The notes under the pieces were generated by a model that was not told the origin of the DNA, searched no databases, and was given only the letters and a program-made list of their open reading frames with translations. From Spirogloea muscicola (lineage: Eukaryota), in the NCBI GenBank assembly GCA_009602725.1, contig WELB01000026.1:690780-728549 (forward strand): 37,770 nt of DNA, given 5' to 3'. This document shows positions 35,604 to 37,770 of the stretch, piece after piece (the stretch's first letter is position 1; each line of letters starts with the position of its first letter). The translations under genes were made by a program, and so were the position numbers.

Positions 35604-36118
35604 GCTCGCAGCAAGGCGGCCAAACACGCCGACCACCCGGCTGCAGATGAGTTCGTACCCCTGGCCGTGGACGTGCACGGGGCTCTCGGGTCCCAGGGGC
35701 TCGACCTGCTGGCCAGGCTTGCGCGGCGCGCTGTGTCCCTCAGGCGCGGTGAGCCGGCTGACTTCAACGCCACTGGCTCGTGGGCTCACGTGTATCGTAT
35801 GCGATTGTCCGTTTCCCTTCAGCGGTCCATGGCCCACGCCTTGCATCTGCGTGCTGGCCGTGCTCTCGCTGCGGCCTCCGGCTTTCGTCAGGGGGATACT
35901 TTACCGGCAGCTAGTCTGTCGGATTTGAGGCTCCTCACTCGTAACTACTTAGTGGTCCATCCTCCCACGTTCTGACATAGCATCTTCAGGCACCTTCGTA
36001 GCTGCTTAGCGCTGTTTAGAACCTGCCGCTTCATCATCTGGCTCCTTCGAACCTTTGTCGATTCTTTTTCGGGCTGGCTTTTCACAGCCCTTGACCCCCA
36101 TTGGGAGTGCCACCTCTT
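35604..36118 (+). mobile_element. A-type CRE-like element, 5'-truncated
   Basis: ARSKAAKHADHPAADEFVPLAVDVHGALG..YRMRLSVSLQRSMAHALHLRAGRALAAASG..SLSDLRLLTRNYLVVHPPTF* plus the hairpin tail at 36071-36118. Confidence 0.88.
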
Positions 36119-36288
36119 CTCTAACCTGAGGCTGCTTAGCAGGGGTTACTGAGTAATTAGTAGCTGCTTTGTTTCTTGTTGTGCTTGTTTTTCTTAGCGC
36201 TTCCCCTGGCCCCCTTCTCGTACTTTGTTCCTTCTTGGTTGGGCTGGCTTTTCCAGCCCCTATCCACAATGGGCGAGCCCTTTCTTCT
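36118..36288 (+). mobile_element. B-type 3' end joined head-to-tail to the A copy
   Basis: Matches 28703-28870 (..LRLLSRG Y* region, hairpin, AATGGGCGAGCCCTTTCTT). TCTCT microhomology at the junction. Confidence 0.85.
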
Positions 36289-37225
36289 GATCTGGGCCAA
36301 CGAGCCGGCGGCGTTGAAGTCAGCCTGCTCACCTCGCCTGCGGGACACAGCGCGTCGCGCAAGCCTGGCCAGCAGGTCGAGCCACTGGGACCCGAGAGCC
36401 CCGTGCACACCCACGGCCAGGGAAATTTCGTGTATTTGAAACAAACGAAGGCCCAATGGCCAAGTACAGAGGCAAGCACATCTTAAGACCTACATAACCT
36501 ACGGTAGATTGACCCGCTCAGTAACCACGGGTCAAAACATAAAGGTCGCTAACCGATGCCTGAATACTAGATGGCAGATACGAAGCCCTTCTGCCACCAA
36601 TTAGAGCTCGCCCAGCTTTCTGGTGCAAAGCATTGGCCTGAGCACGCTGCAAACAGGCCGAAAATCATTGCCGCAAGAACGACAGATATGCAGCTGGCAA
36701 GCCCATCTCAGCCGGGAACACATCTGCATGTCGTGTGTAGCCTTTGGCTATGCTTTGAAGGAGAGTGAGGAAACGAGGACCTAAGCAGCCAAAGACGTCG
36801 ATTGCCGCTGGCAGGAGCTGATCACATCGGGGGTAATCGGAGTAGTGCTGCAACTTTCTTTGTTCAGCACTGCCCACTGCGTGGCCAGCGATGTGTGTCG
36901 ATGCTGGACCTTTATAGGCCTCCGTAAGAAGAAGACCTTTATAGGCCTCCGTAACCACAACATCGACCAAGGCCCGTGGTCCTCCACCAGGTTGCACGCC
37001 CACAATGTCGTGTGCGGTGATGATGACGTCCCTGGGCATCCGCGGTGATAGGCATGATAATGTTCACTTCCACGACTTCATGGTACCCGGCGTCGCGCAT
37101 CAACCCGCCAGAGCATCACTGAGGAGGTTGTGACGGCCAGTGGTACGAACTCGTCCCCAGCAAGAAGCAAGCGCGGCCAGATCAACTGGTGGCTGGGAGA
37201 GGCCAGCCCGGTGGTCAGCGTGCCG
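36289..37225 (-). mobile_element. A-type fragment hosting the H copy and a 41-nt D tail
   Basis: 37225-37133 plus 36420-36289 reassemble to RHADHRAGDEFVPLAVGVHGALGSQWLDLLARLARRAV..FNAAGSLAQI. Confidence 0.8.
36421..37132 (-). mobile_element. H-type CRE-like element, 5'-truncated and degenerate
   Basis: HNLLSDAL..E..DIVG..ALVDVVVT..AEQRKLQHY..PAAIDVFG..LQRAQANALH..SVSDLYVLTRGY*. 8-bp TSD acggccag at 36413-36420 and 37133-37140. Confidence 0.82.
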
Positions 37226-37594
37226 AAAGAAAGAAAGAGAAGAGGGGCTAGCAAAGCCAGCCCAAAAAAAGAATGGACAATGTCCAAAGCCAAAGAAAGA
37301 GGAGCCGGAGAAAAGAAAGTGCGCGCCCATAGAGAAGAGGGGCTGGCAAAGCCAGCCCAAAAAAGGATGGACAATGTCCAAAGCCAAAGAAAGAGGAGCC
37401 GGAGAAAGGACTACACCACAAAACACTGCAGAACACAGAAACGATGCAGAGGGAAGCTCAGTACCCACGAGTGAGCAACATCAGGTCTGAGTAGCTCGCT
37501 GCAGGGAAAGAGGCACTCCGCCGAGACCCAAAGGCGGCGGCCATAGCACGGCCTGCGCGCGTGTGGACGGCGTAGGCAAGGGAGCGTTGAAACA
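37226..37594 (-). mobile_element. C-type 3' end with a tandem duplicate of its last ~85 nt
   Basis: FQRSLAYAVHTRAGRAMAAAFGSRRSASFPAASYSDLMLLTRGY*, closely similar to 25931-26418. Duplicate at 37226-37313. Confidence 0.88.
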
Positions 37595-37597
37595 ACT

Positions 37598-37770
37598 TGG
37601 TGACAACTGACTGCATCGACTCCGCCAATCTCACCAGATCGGCGTCGTTTGCAGGGCACGCGCGGTCGGCCAGGCGGCCCGGGGCAAGGAGCGAAAATAT
37701 GCTGATCACCCGGTGGGGGATGAATTCGCGGCCCTGGCGATGGATGTACACGGGGCTTTCGGCAGCCGCT
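37598..37770 (+). mobile_element. RLE-coding fragment in the opposite orientation, running off the window end
   Basis: VTTDCID..AGHA..QAARGKERKYADHPVGDEFAALAMDVHGAFGSR (one frameshift). Confidence 0.8.

Noticed and set aside
25880..37450. Recurrent hairpin repeats as a CRISPR array or Helitron ends
   Set aside because: No regular repeat-spacer period, no cas genes and no CTRR terminus. The repeats follow RLE stop codons and carry TSDs.

Overview
Eukaryotic, intron-rich genomic window from the green lineage, most likely a streptophyte alga (inferred from plant-type genes, GC-rich first exons and many small introns). It has two N-gaps (12835-13231, 16895-17176). Eight spliced protein-coding genes can be reconstructed: ascorbate oxidase, FHA2, F-box/LRR FBL15, RWD-RING RNF25-like, a small conserved unknown protein, PRL1, a 2OG-Fe(II) dioxygenase and a pectin methylesterase with a Pro/Ser-rich tail. 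The unusual content is a group of restriction-like-endonuclease (RLE) non-LTR retrotransposons of probable CRE type, present as about eight 3'-end variants (my labels A-H). Every copy whose 5' end is visible is 5'-truncated. They form two Russian-doll nests (25.9-29.5 kb and 35.6-37.8 kb) that can be unpicked from target-site duplications (TSDs) of about 0-40 bp. They end in a conserved 3' hairpin plus a CTT-rich tail instead of poly(A), and some insertions are only 6-41 nt long. Four GC-AG introns are also inferred. All calls are by eye; no database search was run.
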